Sequence record: DRR723986_5581
DNA length: 51,440 nucleotides
Direction: 5' to 3' (one strand)
A program made the translations under genes and the position numbers. Each line of letters starts with the position of its first letter. Within the stretch, counting starts at the first letter, position 1. The notes under the pieces were generated by a model. The model did not search any database and was not told the DNA's origin. It saw only the letters and a program-made list of their open reading frames with translations. Shown here in pieces: positions 48,897-51,440 of this stretch.

Positions 48897-49828
48897 TCTC
48901 CCCAGAACGCTTCGGTGAGCTTTCCGATGGCCTTGAGGTTCCGCGGCCCCGGGGTTGCCTCGACATAGTCCAGCACGACAAATCGGTCGTTCTTGACGGC
49001 TGCAATATTGGCCAGGGCGGGATTGTGTTTCATGAAGTCGCGTTTCTGATCAGCCGTCACTTCGCCGTAGTTGACGATCACGACCATGTCCGGGTCTTTT
49101 TCCACCACGGTTTCCCAGTCGACGGTCGCCCAGCTCTTTTCAAAATCGTCCATCACGTTGACGCCGCCGGCTGCCTCGATAAGCGCTGTCGGCATGGCAT
49201 ATCGTCCGGCGGTGAAGGGCTTGTCCTCGCCGCTGTCGTAAACAAAGACCCGCAGCGGCTCTTCACCAGCAGGCACCGTTGCCGCGATCCGGTCCAGCTC
49301 CAGCTTGTAGGCCGCAACAAGATCGTGGGCTGTGTCTTCAACACCAAAGATTTTTCCGAGGTTGAGGAGGTCGTTATAGAGATCCTGCAGAGACGCCTTC
49401 GGCTTGTCGCCGATATGAATGCAGGACTCGGTCAGCTCGTAGACCTTGATGCCGAACGGCTCCAGCGTTTCAGGCGTCACTTCACCGCCCACCTTCATGC
49501 CGTAGTTCCAGCCGGCGAAGAAGAAATCGGCGTCGGCCCCGATCAGCACTTCCTTGCTCGGATATTTCGACGCGAGTTCCGGAAGTTCGGCAACGCCCTC
49601 ACGCATTTCCGCGTCCAGCGTCTTCCAGCCTGAAATGCCGGTATACCCAACCATGCGGTCGCGCAGGCCTAGTACCAGCATCATCTCGGTCAGGTTGACG
49701 TCGTTCGAAACGGCTGCTTTGGGCGGCGTGTCGAAGGTCACTGTGCGGTTGCAGCTTTCCACGGTCGTTTGCGCAATTGCCGGTACAGACAGAAAGGTGA
49801 GCACGAGGCCCAGGGCAATTTTTTTCAT
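48893..49828 (-). CDS. Class III periplasmic binding protein of a cobalamin-regulated ABC system (CbtJ/BtuF-like)
   Basis: Signal peptide MKKIALG; TVESCNR.VTF..PP, ADADFFFAGW, AAGG.NV, AVKN.RF. RBS GGAG. Confidence 0.9.
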   Translation of the reverse strand: MKKIALGLVLTFLSVPAIAQTTVESCNRTVTFDTPPKAAVSNDVNLTEMMLVLGLRDRMVGYTGISGWKTLDAEMREGVAELPELASKYPSKEVLIGADADFFFAGWNYGMKVGGEVTPETLEPFGIKVYELTESCIHIGDKPKASLQDLYNDLLNLGKIFGVEDTAHDLVAAYKLELDRIAATVPAGEEPLRVFVYDSGEDKPFTAGRYAMPTALIEAAGGVNVMDDFEKSWATVDWETVVEKDPDMVVIVNYGEVTADQKRDFMKHNPALANIAAVKNDRFVVLDYVEATPGPRNLKAIGKLTEAFWGE

Positions 49829-49845
49829 ATTAAGTCTCCAGAAAT

Positions 49846-50619
49846 TCAAAGATGGAAGGTCAGGTAGCGCTCGCGGCTGGCAGACAGTTGCTCCACTCTG
49901 ACCTGTACCGAATAGGCTTGCTCAATGTTGCCGGGGGTCAGCACCGTCTCCGGCATTCCCTGGGCAACCAGTCGGCCCTCATGCAACAGCAAGACCTTGT
50001 CGCAGACACGGCTTGCCAGGTTGAGGTCGTGCAAGCTGGTGACAATGGTAATGTCCAGATCGGCAATCAGCTCGACGATCTCGAGCTGATGACGGATGTC
50101 CAGATGGTTGGTCGGCTCATCCAGCACCAGAAGCCTTGGTTCTTGCGCCAACGCCCGGGCCACCATCACCCGTTGCCTTTCCCCGCCGGACAATGTGCCG
50201 AAGGCTCTTTTTGCATAGGACAGCAGATCCATTTTCCCGAGACAGTCATCGACGATCTCGGCGTCCCGCTTGCCTGCGCCGGCAATACCGGTTGCGTGGG
50301 GACGCCGACCGAGTGTGACGATCTCGCGCACCGTCAAGGCAAAATCGGTCGGCTGCTCCTGAAGCACGGCGGCGATCGTTTTGGCGGCCTCCCTGGCACT
50401 GATGTGCCAGAGATCCGTGCCATCCAGAAGGATTTCGCCCGATTTCGGTTTCAGGAAGCGGTAGAGCAGCCGCAACAGGGTGGATTTGCCGGCACCATTG
50501 GCGCCGGCAATTCCAAGAACCTCACCGGCAGGCAGATCGAAGCTGAGCGGATGCAGAATGGTTTTGCCCTGCCCCGTCTTCCAGCTGACCTCCCGGACAA
50601 ACAGATCGACCCCCGTCAT
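49846..50619 (-). CDS. FecE/BtuD-type ABC ATP-binding protein (CbtL-like)
   Basis: Walker A GANGAGKST, signature LSGGERQR, LDEPTNHLD, SLHDLNLA. Confidence 0.95.
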   Translation of the reverse strand: MTGVDLFVREVSWKTGQGKTILHPLSFDLPAGEVLGIAGANGAGKSTLLRLLYRFLKPKSGEILLDGTDLWHISAREAAKTIAAVLQEQPTDFALTVREIVTLGRRPHATGIAGAGKRDAEIVDDCLGKMDLLSYAKRAFGTLSGGERQRVMVARALAQEPRLLVLDEPTNHLDIRHQLEIVELIADLDITIVTSLHDLNLASRVCDKVLLLHEGRLVAQGMPETVLTPGNIEQAYSVQVRVEQLSASRERYLTFHL

Positions 50620-51020
50620 GAGAACGCCGTCCCGTCTGCTTCCGAAACAATCATCGCTGCCGGAAGCCGGCCTTGCGATGCGCTCCAGCGCTTGCCGTGG
50701 CTTTCCTCGGTCACCTCGCATCCATTTTCAATCTGGCGATACCGATTGGCGTAGTCGACAAGGTCATCGATGTCCGTATCGTCCTCAATGTCCCCAAAGA
50801 GGTAGATCGCCTTGTCGGTGGCCTTGAATGCCAGCGTGCAAGGTCTCGAACAGCTCTCCATGTCGGCTGTTCCACTGATTTCGAATTCGTCTCCAACGAC
50901 AGGCACTGCCTGTGCCATTGCACTTTTCAGCTTGCAGATCAGCCCATATCCGGGATGGCAAGTCTGGCCATTGTGACGGCAGGTCGTGCAGACAAATATC
51001 TTGTGCGGATCATTGCTCAT
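50616..51020 (-). CDS. DUF1636 family Cys-rich putative metal-binding protein
   Basis: HKI.VCTTC, C.PG..L, C.RPC..AF.A..KA.YLFGD, RLPA. RBS GGAGG; ATGA overlap with the ATPase. Alternative start 51080. Confidence 0.87.
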   Translation of the reverse strand: MSNDPHKIFVCTTCRHNGQTCHPGYGLICKLKSAMAQAVPVVGDEFEISGTADMESCSRPCTLAFKATDKAIYLFGDIEDDTDIDDLVDYANRYRQIENGCEVTEESHGKRWSASQGRLPAAMIVSEADGTAFS

Positions 51021-51288
51021 GACGCGCCTCCACGGCTTCTGCCAGTGAACCGACAAGAGGCTGCGGAAAAGCAAAGGCATTGCTTTCCTCGTTGCACTGG
51101 GCACGACCGGATCGGGTACGTTTGGCACAATCATCATGTAATGTTATTACATTACCTATATTCTTGCTGACAACAGATTTTTGTAGCCCATCGGGAACCA
51201 TCGCGCGTGCTGCGCGCGTCGCTAGCGGATCAGCCTCGGTCAGGAGGTTGGCAAGTCTTGAGAATTCAGCAGAAAATTTCCGGTTCAT
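51010..51288 (-). CDS. Hypothetical 92-aa protein in the riboswitch-controlled operon
   Basis: RBS GGAGG 5 nt before ATG (MNRKFSAEFSRLANLLTEADP...); its 3' end overlaps the DUF1636 start. Confidence 0.55.
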   Translation of the reverse strand: MNRKFSAEFSRLANLLTEADPLATRAARAMVPDGLQKSVVSKNIGNVITLHDDCAKRTRSGRAQCNEESNAFAFPQPLVGSLAEAVEARHEQ

Positions 51289-51361
51289 ATCGCCCTCCGC
51301 GATTTCGCGGGGCAGTCAGGAACCGAATGTGCAACTTTGTCGGCAGGTGCCGATTGGCCAT
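51266..51361 (-). CDS. Putative 31-aa leader ORF immediately downstream of the riboswitch
   Basis: RBS GGAGGAG 8 nt before ATG 51361; MANRHLPTKLHIRFLTAPRNRGGRYEPEIFC*. Below the ORF-track size cutoff. Confidence 0.4.
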   Translation of the reverse strand: MANRHLPTKLHIRFLTAPRNRGGRYEPEIFC

Positions 51362-51412
51362 GTCACTCACTCCTCCGGGGCACCCCGCCCGGGTTAAGGT
51401 TTAAGGTGAAAT

Positions 51413-51440
51413 GGCAGGTCTCCTGACTTGCGGGTCATTG
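51413..51440 (-). ncRNA. Cobalamin (B12) riboswitch, 3' end; the 5' part lies beyond the window
   Basis: Minus strand reads ...GACCCGCAAGTCAGGAGACCTGCC, the B12-box (AGYCAGRAGACCTGCC), upstream of DUF1636 and FecCD-type ABC genes. Confidence 0.88.

Overview
GC-rich alphaproteobacterial chromosome segment. Gene content and synteny point to Hyphomicrobiales/Rhizobiales, plausibly Roseibium/Labrenzia-like; this is an inference, not a database result. It is mostly core genome. Left to right: partial meaB-type GTPase, ppdK, TPR protein-ispE, ispB, DUF2007-methyltransferase, usg, cytochrome c, MoxR/VWA pair, L,D-transpeptidase, YceI, a Leu-type solute-binding protein, flavin reductase, DmpA/P1 peptidase, MltF-like transglycosylase, a TetR/quinone reductase pair, PBP1A-DUF1214-DUF1254, TPR-sulfotransferase, the DUF2336-DUF1491-PG-binding-divJ-DUF5330-sufE-mucR cell-cycle locus, a seven-gene mrp/mnh antiporter operon, PAS-GGDEF, msrB, an HxlR/NmrA pair, an MFS transporter, and a cobalamin-riboswitch-controlled DUF1636 + FecCD-type ABC operon. 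I saw no tRNA, rRNA, CRISPR array, IS or prophage. Most notable observations: (1) the syntenic DivJ homolog has lost its phospho-acceptor His and its ATP-binding boxes, so it looks like a pseudokinase; (2) the PAS-GGDEF protein has a dead active site but an intact RxxD I-site; (3) overlapping small ORFs with strong RBSs lie directly behind the B12 riboswitch; (4) a CIRCE-geometry element precedes usg; (5) a four-hairpin candidate ncRNA lies before sufE; (6) there is a stand-alone membrane sensor-like protein. Family assignments come from motif recognition by eye.
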